A stretch of DNA of 64,000 nt from Bacteriovoracaceae bacterium (GCA_965217035.1 OZ244226.1:1036146-1100145), one strand, 5' to 3'; numbered from the stretch's first letter, positions 10,231 through 19,252 are shown. Numbers and translations: made by a program. The notes: a model not told the origin generated them from the sequence alone.

Positions 10231-10764
10231 ATGAAAATTTTATTTCTTATTTTGACAGTATCACTTTCTTTTTCTCCCCTGCAAGCACAGGATGCAAATG
10301 TTGATATTCTAGAGAGTCTTTTGAAGGCAGAACAAAAGCAACTAGAAGCTGAAAGAAAAGTTCTTTTAGAGTACCGAACTCAGTTCGAGAACTTAAAAAA
10401 GAAACAAGCGAATATAGAGGGAATAGGAACAGTGTCAGCGGTAACAATCTCGCTATCTGGTTTTTTAGTTTTCGGGTCTATCTTTGGTCTTATATCAGTT
10501 GAGAAAAGAAACCCAGGAGAACCCATGGAAGAAGTTATAAAAAGAGCAAAGAAAGGAAAGAAATTTGCTAAACGAGGCCTTCTTTTCGGATCTTTGACAA
10601 TGCTATTAGGGATAAAGGTATACAACATAACGGAAGACAAGCTTGAAATAACAGTTAATGACCTTAAAAAAATCCAAAAGAAAATTAATGATACTTTAAA
10701 AAGAATTAATTCGAGTCTTGATGAAAAAAACCGAATAATTCAAAAGTTAAAGTCGAACGGTTAA
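10231..10764 (+). CDS. Secreted hypothetical protein, coiled coil with two hydrophobic helices (paralog of 10803)
   Basis: GAGG RBS, signal peptide ending LQA-Q, visible similarity to the next ORF. Confidence 0.75.
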   Translation: MKILFLILTVSLSFSPLQAQDANVDILESLLKAEQKQLEAERKVLLEYRTQFENLKKKQANIEGIGTVSAVTISLSGFLVFGSIFGLISVEKRNPGEPMEEVIKRAKKGKKFAKRGLLFGSLTMLLGIKVYNITEDKLEITVNDLKKIQKKINDTLKRINSSLDEKNRIIQKLKSNG

Positions 10765-10802
10765 AAAATAATTAAGTATACGAATAATAAAAGGAACATA
10801 AA

Positions 10803-11318
10803 ATGAAATTTCTATTTTTAATTTTAGTTTTAAATCTTTCTATTTCTTCACTTCAAGCGCAAAGTGACTCAAGGGCCTCAGAGGTGCTAAGAGAATTCTA
10901 CGAAGCCGAAACTGAAAGAATTGCCAAAGAGAGAGATGCTATTCTCGAACTAGAAACTCAACTTGAGAAATTAGAGAAGAAAAAACTTACGACTGGTGCC
11001 GTTGGTTATAGTATTACTGCAGGCTCTACACTCTTTGCACTATTTAAAACAGTTCTAAATCTTCAACCGAAGACTCAAGCTAAATTGCCAAGAAAGGGAA
11101 AGGGAAAGGGAAAGGGAAAAATAATGAAAACCCTTGTAGATTTCTTCATAACTAATCCTTTCGTTGTTGGTTTGACAGGAATGGTTTTAACTAATAACAG
11201 TATTGAAATAACAGAAGCTCAAATGGAAAAAATTAAAGCTGTCATCAAAGATAAGAAAAATAGAATACAGTCAATGAGAGAAACTAACTTTGAAATCGGT
11301 GATAGCTTAAACAATTAA
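10803..11318 (+). CDS. Secreted hypothetical protein, coiled coil with two hydrophobic helices (paralog of 10231)
   Basis: AAGGA RBS, signal peptide ending LQA-Q, same layout as 10231. Confidence 0.75.
   Translation: MKFLFLILVLNLSISSLQAQSDSRASEVLREFYEAETERIAKERDAILELETQLEKLEKKKLTTGAVGYSITAGSTLFALFKTVLNLQPKTQAKLPRKGKGKGKGKIMKTLVDFFITNPFVVGLTGMVLTNNSIEITEAQMEKIKAVIKDKKNRIQSMRETNFEIGDSLNN
11093..11116 (+). repeat. In-frame hexamer tandem repeat (AAAGGG)4 encoding KG repeats
   Basis: Read directly from sequence. Confidence 0.9.
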
Positions 11319-11328
11319 AAAAAACCTG

Positions 11329-11352
11329 GAATAGGCTTAACAAGCCTTATTC
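11329..11352. terminator. Hairpin between convergent genes, probable terminator
   Basis: GAATAGGCTT-AAC-AAGCCTTATTC with A-run upstream. Confidence 0.5.
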
Positions 11353-11360
11353 TTAATATT

Positions 11361-12596
11361 TCAATAATAGTTAGAAGTGACTGTAGAGCGTATTAATTCT
11401 TCGTTAAGCTGGCGGTCAGATGGTATCTCTTTTTTTATGATTGAAGTGATTCTTTCGATAAGAATAGTGATCTCATCTTCTTTTGTCGTGGCCTTATCTC
11501 CGAAGAAATCTTTTTTTTCTAAAGCAGCTTCTCCTTCTTCTTCAGAGGAACTCTTGGAAAAATACTTTGCGATGTAAAGAGTTGATTTTCTGACTCTTAA
11601 TTCAAGTAGGAAATCGCTATAAAGGTCAATTTTTTCTCCTGATTTAATTTCTAGTTGTTCGATCAAGGAAAAAAAGTTTCTATCAGATTCCTCTATTAGC
11701 TTCGTATCTATCTCCTCCATTAGTTTACGAGTGGATTCTTTTAACTCCAGCTGCGCTTGATAAAGTTTATAAAAATTAAATCCTAATGAAGCAAATATAA
11801 TTGGAAGAGCATAAGAATTATAAGTACGTTGAATTCGATTATAGATGATATCAACTTGAGCGACTTTCCCATATTTTTCAATTAATATAGGGCGTACTGC
11901 TTCTATACCTTCTGTCTTGACGATTTTTTTTATTTCTTCGATAAAGCTTTTGTTTACTTTCGTCCAACTTAAAAAGTCAATCCGAGGTAAAAATGGAGCA
12001 GCACCATGAAAAAGTAGATAGATCGTTTCAATTTGGAGATCAATTGCAGTCCATATTTTTTTTTCATATTTAAAATATGATTTTAGAAACTTTTTCTTAA
12101 AATTTTCTCTTCCTCGAAACACCTTCATTTCTTCTAAGGTTTCAATGATACTTTTTTCTAAGATTCTCTTGTAAAAAAAGTCCATGATAAGTGTTTCACT
12201 GTCGGATTTTATATTTTTTCTTTTAAAAACGTTTCTTATATCGAAGTTGCGGATCCAGTTAATCAAAAATGAGTCTTTTCCCCTAATTAGATTAAAAATC
12301 CTTTGAAAATCTTTTCTTGCTTGATATGGAAGATACGTATCGGAAAAAAACATTGATTTAATGACTTCATCTAGTTTTTTTAGCTGTTTTTCGTTAGCAT
12401 TTTCGATAAAAGTTCTAAAAAGATCGATTTCAAGTCCTGATCTCTCAGCTGCACGCTCGAGTACTTCATCCATATAAAAATTTGTATAAAAATGCTCATC
12501 TACGTAAAAGTATCTCCATAGACTACGACTACAGTACTCATCATTGGCAGTAGATGAGAAAGAGCACAAAATGAAGAGAATAATTAAAAATCTCAT
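11361..12596 (-). CDS. Hypothetical protein with N-terminal signal peptide
   Basis: 411-aa ORF, hydrophobic N-terminus, no recognised motif. Confidence 0.7.
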   Translation of the reverse strand: MRFLIILFILCSFSSTANDEYCSRSLWRYFYVDEHFYTNFYMDEVLERAAERSGLEIDLFRTFIENANEKQLKKLDEVIKSMFFSDTYLPYQARKDFQRIFNLIRGKDSFLINWIRNFDIRNVFKRKNIKSDSETLIMDFFYKRILEKSIIETLEEMKVFRGRENFKKKFLKSYFKYEKKIWTAIDLQIETIYLLFHGAAPFLPRIDFLSWTKVNKSFIEEIKKIVKTEGIEAVRPILIEKYGKVAQVDIIYNRIQRTYNSYALPIIFASLGFNFYKLYQAQLELKESTRKLMEEIDTKLIEESDRNFFSLIEQLEIKSGEKIDLYSDFLLELRVRKSTLYIAKYFSKSSSEEEGEAALEKKDFFGDKATTKEDEITILIERITSIIKKEIPSDRQLNEELIRSTVTSNYY

Positions 12597-12789
12597 TTTT
12601 AACTATTTCGACATCTTTTTTTTATTAGTTACTCATTTTTTTATCAAGGCTAAAAATACTCACTTTCATGACCATATCCGACAAAGGTGATCAACCTTGC
12701 GAGGAAATCATACCAGAAATTTAAACCCAAGAAAAAATTTCAGTTAAACAAACGGAGTCTCAACTATGAGAAATCTTATGTACGTAATA

Positions 12790-12854
12790 CTTTTTATAGT
12801 CTTGATCGATTACTTGAAGCTTTAATAATAGCTGGCTACGAAGTAGGTCTATAA
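12790..12854 (+). pseudogene. Possible remnant of an XRE/HigA-like HTH gene
   Basis: Short frame FYSLDRLLEALIIAGYEVGL* resembles the C-terminal helix of small XRE proteins; no intact upstream frame. Confidence 0.25.
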
Positions 12855-12981
12855 AATTTTTATCATTTGACTAAGAATCGATTGATCTAATTGTAAAAAT
12901 TACTCAGGACATTTATTGCAAACCCAAGATAGCTTACAATTACATAAAAAAATAATAGGGCCTTATAATTAGGAAATCAGT

Positions 12982-14271
12982 ATGAAAACATTTAATTCCA
13001 CTTTTAAATTCTTGATTGCTTTTATGATATTAGCATTTTTCAAAAATCAAAATCATGCTCAGGCTTCGAGGTTTGATTTTAATCCTCCTTCTCCTTATAT
13101 TGAGATGAAGGATCTAGAGAAGTACAAGAGCTTTGAGGATTTTTCTTTAAAGGCTGAGTATCCAACTAAACCTAGGAGTCGTAGTACGAGGAGATTTGTT
13201 AAGAAATGGAAATACCTTGGAATTGGTCAATTCCGCGTTATAAAACTTAAGAATGGAGAGATAAATCTTCATTATAGTGGGGAAACTTTTTGGAAAAAAA
13301 ACGGGAAAAATGGAGTTCTTGAGATAAGAAAACCAGGAGATTATACACTAAGATTTGTTAATCGTTACAATTGCAGAGAGATTTTCGACATACCTTTTTA
13401 TAGGCGCCTTAAGCGTAGTTCTGGACCTGAAATATGTGATATAAGATACATTAAACTTATTATTACTGTTAATGAAAATATGAATGTTTCATTTAGCAGC
13501 TCGATTACAGGAAATTATAAATGGATTCCTAAAAAGGCAAAAGTTGTAAAAACCCAAAACTTTAAAATTGATAGTATGGAAAATTTCTTAGATAAGTATC
13601 TTTCTAATAAAATACTTATTAATAATGTTAATCAAGAAGCAAACTTTTTTACTATTAAGAATATTGATTGGTCGAGAAAAGAAGCATTAATCATTGATAC
13701 AGAAGATAATCGAGAGAGAAGCGTTCAATTAAGTTACTTATCAGAAAGTCTTTTGTTAAGAAAGAATATCCTCTCTTCTCGTTTTAGCAGTATTTTTCCT
13801 GATAGAGAAAGTCCTTTTAAGCAATTAAATAAATTTTTCTCATTAAAAAATATGTCATTTAATCGTCTTGCTGGAACTTCATTTCTTTGTGAGTATAATC
13901 TGCCTGACACCGGAAAAACGAAAGATTCTGATACGTTTCAATTGTCTTTTGGAGAAGAACTTTTAGGTTTAAAAAGACAAGAGATGAAAACAAATGAGAC
14001 ATCTGATTTTCTAGACATAGACTTCAAAGGAGGCTATTTAAACACAGATAGACGAACCCTTACTCGAAGAATGGAAGAAAATATGAGATCCTTTAGCTTT
14101 CGAATCAAGGAAGAAAGCGAGGTGCGAAAATATCGACTAGTTGACCGGAGAGAGACACGGGCTTATTTCGCAGTAGAAGAGAGCTCCCAAAAGCTCGTTA
14201 TGTATTCGCTAGAAGTTAATATTAGTCATAAGAGAAAAATAAACACTCCATTTTTCTGCATAGAAAAATGA
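12982..14271 (+). CDS. Secreted hypothetical protein
   Basis: AGGA RBS, signal-peptide-like N-terminus (..HAQA), 429 aa. Confidence 0.7.
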   Translation: MKTFNSTFKFLIAFMILAFFKNQNHAQASRFDFNPPSPYIEMKDLEKYKSFEDFSLKAEYPTKPRSRSTRRFVKKWKYLGIGQFRVIKLKNGEINLHYSGETFWKKNGKNGVLEIRKPGDYTLRFVNRYNCREIFDIPFYRRLKRSSGPEICDIRYIKLIITVNENMNVSFSSSITGNYKWIPKKAKVVKTQNFKIDSMENFLDKYLSNKILINNVNQEANFFTIKNIDWSRKEALIIDTEDNRERSVQLSYLSESLLLRKNILSSRFSSIFPDRESPFKQLNKFFSLKNMSFNRLAGTSFLCEYNLPDTGKTKDSDTFQLSFGEELLGLKRQEMKTNETSDFLDIDFKGGYLNTDRRTLTRRMEENMRSFSFRIKEESEVRKYRLVDRRETRAYFAVEESSQKLVMYSLEVNISHKRKINTPFFCIEK

Positions 14272-14508
14272 GACGACGTTTTATAAAAACTTTGAAGATA
14301 TCAAGAATTATTGATGTCTTGGGCAGGAGCTCTCGTTCGTTTGCTACTGCCCCGAACTTTCCTTCTATATTGTAAAAGCTTCCCAATCTGGGGTCTTCAT
14401 CTCTGGACAAGGTGACCTTAAGCCTAAACTCTGATCCAGTCTGATCATGTTCTGTATTTTAAGCTTCTGTTTCCATTTTCATTCAACCTATGAATCTCTT
14501 TGATTTTT

Positions 14509-14554
14509 TTGGTTGCGGGGATAGGATTCGAACCTACGACCTTCGGGTTATGAG
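14509..14554 (-). repeat. att site: duplicated 3' half of tRNA-Met
   Basis: 46 bp identical to 23936-23981; identity ends at the anticodon loop. Confidence 0.95.
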
Positions 14555-14733
14555 GGCTAAAACGAGGTTTTAGCGTACTTTTAGAAAAAACTTAATAACT
14601 TCAAAAAGTTATAAGTCATTAAAAACATTAAACTTTGAGATAAGCCTGAGTTTTTAAGTTCGATCTATTTTGGGATGTTTCGATTCGTTTCGGTTTGAGG
14701 TGGCCACTTTTTGGCCACCTTTTTTAATAATAA

Positions 14734-14994
14734 TTACTCAAATTCGATTTTTACAATTTTGGCAGAAGTTGGGTCAAAATAAACCTCTACTTCTTTCCCA
14801 TCCTTGTCCTTGCCATAAATTTCATAGCAAGAACCGGGTTGTTTAAACTTCCGAATTTTAAAGCCTTTCTTTTTGACAATAGACTGAAACTCTTCGATTT
14901 TGAGCCATTTTTCCTTCGGTTGGTCCGTGCAATCTTTTTTGGCAAAAGCGCTAAAGGACAAAAGTAAAATAATAACTGGTAGCGATTTTTTCAT
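14734..14994 (-). CDS. PepSY domain-containing periplasmic protein
   Basis: Signal peptide; CTDQPKEKW, GSCYEIYGKDKDGKEVEVYFDPTS; AAGGAG RBS. Confidence 0.85.
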   Translation of the reverse strand: MKKSLPVIILLLSFSAFAKKDCTDQPKEKWLKIEEFQSIVKKKGFKIRKFKQPGSCYEIYGKDKDGKEVEVYFDPTSAKIVKIEFE

Positions 14995-15052
14995 TTGATC
15001 TCCTTTGTTTATCGGTGATTAAATTATCGTCCGACTTTTAATTTTTAGCGAT

Positions 15053-15101
15053 GGGCAAATGCCCTAACCTCCTGAAAAATCGACCTTTGGGGCAAAAGCT
15101 C
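15053..15101. promoter_or_regulatory. Two related palindromes between divergent PepSY and cytochrome b genes
   Basis: GGGCAAATGCCC (15053-15064) and GGGCAAAAGCTC (15090-15101). Confidence 0.4.
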
Positions 15102-15153
15102 AATGCAAATAAAGTCAGATCAGCCGAGAATATTAATAAATAAGGAGAAGAAA

Positions 15154-15897
15154 ATGGATAAAACTCTCGTTTACGATTTACCGACTAGAGCATTTCACTG
15201 GGTCTTTGCAGCCCTATTTGTTCTCTCATTTACTATAGGGAAAGTAGTAGATGATGACTCCAGCCTTTATGCCTATCATATGATTTCTGGAATCCTGATG
15301 AGTGCCTTGGTCGTTCTTCGAGTCGCCTGGGGAGCTATGGGCACAAAATATGCTCGTTTTATTCATTTTAACCTCTCTCCAATCGAGCTTAAAAAGTATT
15401 TTCTTGGCATCCTTAAAAATGACTCCAAAAGAGAGCTCGGTCACAATCCAGCCTCTAGTTTTGCGGCCATCTTGATGTTTATATTAACTTTTTGCCTTTT
15501 AGGGACAGGTTTGCTTATGGTCACAGGGACCTTTAAGGAGTTCTTTGAGGAGGTTCACGAGCTTCTTGCCCATGGTTTCCTGCTAATTGTTTTGCTTCAT
15601 ATTACAGGGGTAATACTTCACCAACTCAGACATAATGATGGAATGATTAGCTCCATGTTAGATGGACAAAAGGAAAGTATCGAGGGAGAAGAGGGAATAA
15701 AGAGTAGGTCCCCCATTGCTCTCGTTACATTTTTGATCAGTATTTTCTATTTTTCTGCTACCCTCATAAAGAGTTTTGATCAAGAGAAAGGAACTTTGAT
15801 TCTTTTTGGATATAGCCTACAATTAGGCGAAAAAGAAAATGAGCACAGCCTCCAATATTATAATGATTACTACGATGATGAAGAATATGATGACTAG
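15154..15897 (+). CDS. Cytochrome b/b6 domain protein (Ni-hydrogenase cyt b-like)
   Basis: VYDLPTRAFHW, H in YAYHMISG, RVAWG..GTKYARF, GHNP, EEVHE, LLHITGV; start moved to ATG 15154 behind AAGGAG. Confidence 0.88.
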   Translation: MDKTLVYDLPTRAFHWVFAALFVLSFTIGKVVDDDSSLYAYHMISGILMSALVVLRVAWGAMGTKYARFIHFNLSPIELKKYFLGILKNDSKRELGHNPASSFAAILMFILTFCLLGTGLLMVTGTFKEFFEEVHELLAHGFLLIVLLHITGVILHQLRHNDGMISSMLDGQKESIEGEEGIKSRSPIALVTFLISIFYFSATLIKSFDQEKGTLILFGYSLQLGEKENEHSLQYYNDYYDDEEYDD

Positions 15898-15902
15898 GTA
15901 CT

Positions 15903-16424
15903 ATGATGAAGTCTAACGAGAGAGTTTTCCTTGCATTTTCTATGTTTGGAATAAGCTTTCTGACCCTTTTTGATCTAATCACTGATCTCGAGGAAGGAGT
16001 AACATGGTGGCATGTCTCGATTGAGGGAGTGATTGCACTCATAGCAGGTTTCTCTTTTCTTTACCTTCTTAAAAGCTCTTTTCTGTTAAAGAGATCCATT
16101 GAGAACGAAAGGAAAATTACCGGTCAACTGAAAGAGGAAAATAAGAAATTTAAAAAACAATCTAAGTCCTATCTAGAAGGTCTTAGTTCAACAATTGACC
16201 TGCAGTTGACTCAATGGGAGTTAAGTAAATCAGAAAAAGAAGTTGCTTTCTTGTTAATTAAAGGTTTTAGTCTTAAGGAAATTGCTGAAGTTCGTGGGAC
16301 AAAAGAAAAAACAGCTCGAGCTCAATCAACAGCTATATATGATAAGTCGAAATTGAAAGGAAGAGCTCAATTAACAGCCTACTTTCTTGAAGATCTATTA
16401 CTGCCTATAAATAAAGAGAACTAA
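15903..16424 (+). CDS. Membrane-anchored LuxR-type HTH regulator
   Basis: Two N-terminal TM helices (WWHVSIE), C-terminal LSKSEKEVAFLLIKGFSLKEIAEVRGTKEKT. Confidence 0.85.
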   Translation: MMKSNERVFLAFSMFGISFLTLFDLITDLEEGVTWWHVSIEGVIALIAGFSFLYLLKSSFLLKRSIENERKITGQLKEENKKFKKQSKSYLEGLSSTIDLQLTQWELSKSEKEVAFLLIKGFSLKEIAEVRGTKEKTARAQSTAIYDKSKLKGRAQLTAYFLEDLLLPINKEN

Positions 16425-16987
16425 AGAATCTCCACAAGTCCACTCTCTAGAGAGTAATATCCGTTTACGACTTTTAATACTCCAGATTCAAAACTGCTCT
16501 TTAGAATTACTGAATTTTCAATTAGTTTATTTTCAGTGTTTTTAACATTAAGTTTGACGAGTTCATTTATGCTACATTTCTGGGAATGTTTAATAACCGG
16601 ATCAATGTGACTTATTAGGTGATTGAGGTTTTCTCCAAGTTCTATTTTATTTTTCTGTGCAGTACTTACAGCCCCGCAGTTTTGATGCCCAAGAACAATT
16701 AAAAGCCGAACACCCAAACTTGCCACTGAATATTCAATACTTGCAATAGAACTTTTGCTGGCAATATTTCCTGCTACTCTTACAACAAAAAGTTCACCTA
16801 TTTTGGTATCAAATATAAATTCAGGTACAACTCTACTGTCGGAACAGGTCAAGATAACTGCCTTTGGAGCTTGCCCTTCGACCAACCCGGACCTCATTTT
16901 TTTGCTTGGTATCAAATTCTGGGTCTCTCCACAGACATACCGTTCATTTCCTATCAGAAGTTCTTCTAAAATTTTATTTGGGTTCAA
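16421..16987 (-). CDS. Beta-class carbonic anhydrase
   Basis: CSDSRV, GELFVVRVAGN, HQNCGA zinc-ligand motifs. Confidence 0.93.
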   Translation of the reverse strand: MNPNKILEELLIGNERYVCGETQNLIPSKKMRSGLVEGQAPKAVILTCSDSRVVPEFIFDTKIGELFVVRVAGNIASKSSIASIEYSVASLGVRLLIVLGHQNCGAVSTAQKNKIELGENLNHLISHIDPVIKHSQKCSINELVKLNVKNTENKLIENSVILKSSFESGVLKVVNGYYSLESGLVEIL

Positions 16988-16997
16988 TCAGTACCTC

Positions 16998-18710
16998 TTA
17001 AAAGATAAACTTTGAAGCATCTTGTTTTTGCTCAGAATATAGTGCAATTGAAACGTCACCAGATGGAAGAATACTTGCATGGTGAGCTAGTATCTTTCCA
17101 TTTTTTATGACAGCAGAAAATCGAATGACGTGAGTTTTTGCAATCCCATGCTCTCTCCAGCCAATACCAATAGTCCCACTATCAGTTTTTTTAGTATCTG
17201 AAACCTTAGAATCGAGTTCCAAGACACTTACAAAGACATCATCTTTTTCAAATAAATCTTTATAGTAATCCTTTATCAGCTGATTAGTATTCCTAATTCG
17301 TGTCGAAAACTCAGGGGCAAACACTGCATTCTCATCATAAAGATTAACCAAATTATCAATATTGTGATCATTTAGAGCTTCGACCCATTTATCCCACACA
17401 GGTGTTAAGGTTGTTTTTTCTTTGGTACTTGCATGCTCATCTCCTCTAAAAAGTTCTGTAAATTGAGCCAGTAATTTTCCATCTTTTTCAGATGTTCGCC
17501 CAGAAAACATTTGATAAATCGCTGCATGAATCACAAGCATAATGAGGAGCCCTTCAAAAATACCGAGCTTAAAAACAACTAGAGCACAAACACCTGCCTC
17601 GAGTAAAGCATATTTACCACTTGCTTTTACATGGGCTAGATTTGAAATCATTTTCCAACCTGAGTAAACCATAATAATACCAAGCGCAAACTTAGGAATA
17701 TACAAAAGTACAGATGGGTAAAGAACAACCATCAGTAAAACAAAAGCCGTAAATAAATTTGAAAGTTTGGTCACAGCTCCCGCAACAGCATTAGTTGTAC
17801 TTTTGGCAAGTCCATCTAGGTTTGTCATTCCACCAAAGAAAGTGGCACCCATATTCGCAATCCAAATAGCAAAAAGACTATTATTAGAATCACACTTTCG
17901 ATCAAGCGGATCGAGTTTCTCAATAGCAACATTACTCATAACTTGCTCAATCACATCGATAGACCCAAGCATTAAGGCAAATCCAACCATTTTAGCGACA
18001 AGAAGCGCATCAAGGTTAGAAAAATCCGGAAGTGGAGGTCTAATCGAAAAAGGTACGGGATCAATCGTTAACATTGGAAAGCTAATTACAAAACTTAAGA
18101 CTACCCCGATAAGCATAATGACAAAGTAAGGAATGGCAGGCATATCCTTTTGAAATTTTTTATATAGGTAAACAAAAAGCCCTAAAGACACCAAAGAAAT
18201 CAAGACAATAAGAGCTCGGTCAGATGATATGAATGATGAACTCTCTGAAACAGTACCGTAAAGAAAAGGGACAAACTTCAAACCGATCTTGATCCCTACC
18301 CCAGCAAGAAGCCCTTCAACAAGGTGGTGAGGTACTAGTCTCAAAATGTACCGCTCTAATCGAAATCTCCAAGCGATAGCTTGAAAAGTTGCCGTTAGAA
18401 AAATAACAAAAGGCATATTTGCGACGCCAAATGTACTTACTCCCAAGGCTAGAGCTGGTGCTAGACCAGCAGCAACCCCAGGCGTTCCAACATAGTTCCC
18501 CGGTTTTATCAAGGAGGAGATAAAGGAGATCACACAAGCAAAAATTACGGTATGTAACCCTACCATTACGGGGTAGTCTGACATCAGGCAAATCCCTACG
18601 GTTAATGGAACCGCCATAACTCCCGTAATAGTTCCTGCTAGAGCGTCTCTTCGAAAGTACTCTGTTGTTTTAATTAAGTTTGCTGAAAAGTTAGTCTTAA
18701 AATTTTCCAT
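16998..18710 (-). CDS. SulP-family anion (probably bicarbonate) transporter fused to a C-terminal NTF2-like, iota-CA-like domain
   Basis: RRDALAGTITGVMAVPLTVGI, PGVAAGL, multiple TMs; no STAS; last ~135 aa WDKWVEAL..LYDENAVFAP.FS...IKDYY...KILAHHASILP. Confidence 0.8.
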   Translation of the reverse strand: MENFKTNFSANLIKTTEYFRRDALAGTITGVMAVPLTVGICLMSDYPVMVGLHTVIFACVISFISSLIKPGNYVGTPGVAAGLAPALALGVSTFGVANMPFVIFLTATFQAIAWRFRLERYILRLVPHHLVEGLLAGVGIKIGLKFVPFLYGTVSESSSFISSDRALIVLISLVSLGLFVYLYKKFQKDMPAIPYFVIMLIGVVLSFVISFPMLTIDPVPFSIRPPLPDFSNLDALLVAKMVGFALMLGSIDVIEQVMSNVAIEKLDPLDRKCDSNNSLFAIWIANMGATFFGGMTNLDGLAKSTTNAVAGAVTKLSNLFTAFVLLMVVLYPSVLLYIPKFALGIIMVYSGWKMISNLAHVKASGKYALLEAGVCALVVFKLGIFEGLLIMLVIHAAIYQMFSGRTSEKDGKLLAQFTELFRGDEHASTKEKTTLTPVWDKWVEALNDHNIDNLVNLYDENAVFAPEFSTRIRNTNQLIKDYYKDLFEKDDVFVSVLELDSKVSDTKKTDSGTIGIGWREHGIAKTHVIRFSAVIKNGKILAHHASILPSGDVSIALYSEQKQDASKFIF

Positions 18711-18975
18711 CTTGCTTTACGCCTTTGATGTTATTTAAATAATTTGAAACTCTATCTGCTCGTAAATATATTAATTTTTTTGAAGTAATTATTTCTTGAA
18801 GAAATAAATCAAAATCCTCTTGTGAAAATTTTGTAATCTCAACAAATTCTTTCTTCACTGAATGAAGTAAATTAATGAACTTCGCTTCATCAAAGGCAAT
18901 TATTAACCTTAGCGTTGAAGCCTTATACGCGTTTAAAATCTTTTTTCTAAATTCTCTTCTTTCTTTTTTTTCCAC
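18697..18975 (-). CDS. Hypothetical protein
   Basis: 92-aa GTG-start ORF overlapping the SulP start. Confidence 0.55.
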   Translation of the reverse strand: MEKKERREFRKKILNAYKASTLRLIIAFDEAKFINLLHSVKKEFVEITKFSQEDFDLFLQEIITSKKLIYLRADRVSNYLNNIKGVKQDGKF

Positions 18976-19102
18976 TTTTACCTATTTTTTCTATTCCCTC
19001 TTTAAACTTGGGAGAAATAGTTTTGTTAGTATCCGATAAATCAAGTCTCGTTAAGATAACGACAAGTACAGCGAGAATATAAATCACTTTTGAGAATCCC
19101 AA
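18947..19102 (-). CDS. Small membrane protein, 51 aa (absent from ORF track)
   Basis: AAAGGA + 8 nt + TTG; MGFSKVIYILAVLVVILTRLDLSDTNKTISPKFKEGIEKIGKSGKKRKKRI*; overlaps next start. Confidence 0.5.
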   Translation of the reverse strand: MGFSKVIYILAVLVVILTRLDLSDTNKTISPKFKEGIEKIGKSGKKRKKRI

Positions 19103-19137
19103 CTCTCAGTTCCTTTAAATAGATCGCTCTTGAGTCC

Positions 19138-19184
19138 TTCAACCACTGACCCGAGGTTATTTTCTGCCGCTCCGTGACACTCTA
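19138..19184 (-). ncRNA. Candidate nhaA-I-like (Li+-I riboswitch-like) leader RNA
   Basis: GAGUGUC-ACGGAGC-GGCAG...AACC-UCGGGUCAGU-GGUU, two short stems, just downstream of a GATAAT -10-like hexamer. Confidence 0.35.
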
Positions 19185-19235
19185 GTATTATCGTAGATTT
19201 CAGAATAAAATAAATCAGAACTTTAAGAACTTTTA

Positions 19236-19252
19236 ATTCGGAAAAACAGAAT
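19236..19252. promoter_or_regulatory. LysR-type T-N11-A box overlapping the LysR start codon
   Basis: ATTCGGAAAAACAGAAT. Confidence 0.5.

Noticed and set aside
12905..12921. Sigma54 promoter before the 12982 ORF (CAGGACATTTATTGCA)
   Set aside because: GG-to-GC spacing is 9, not the required 10.
14222..14410. 62-aa minus-strand ORF
   Set aside because: No recognisable family, overlaps the 12982 gene end, and the upstream frame has a stop. At most a remnant.
14509..14554. Second tRNA-Met gene
   Set aside because: Only the 3' half is present; D-arm and 5' acceptor strand are missing. It is the att duplication.
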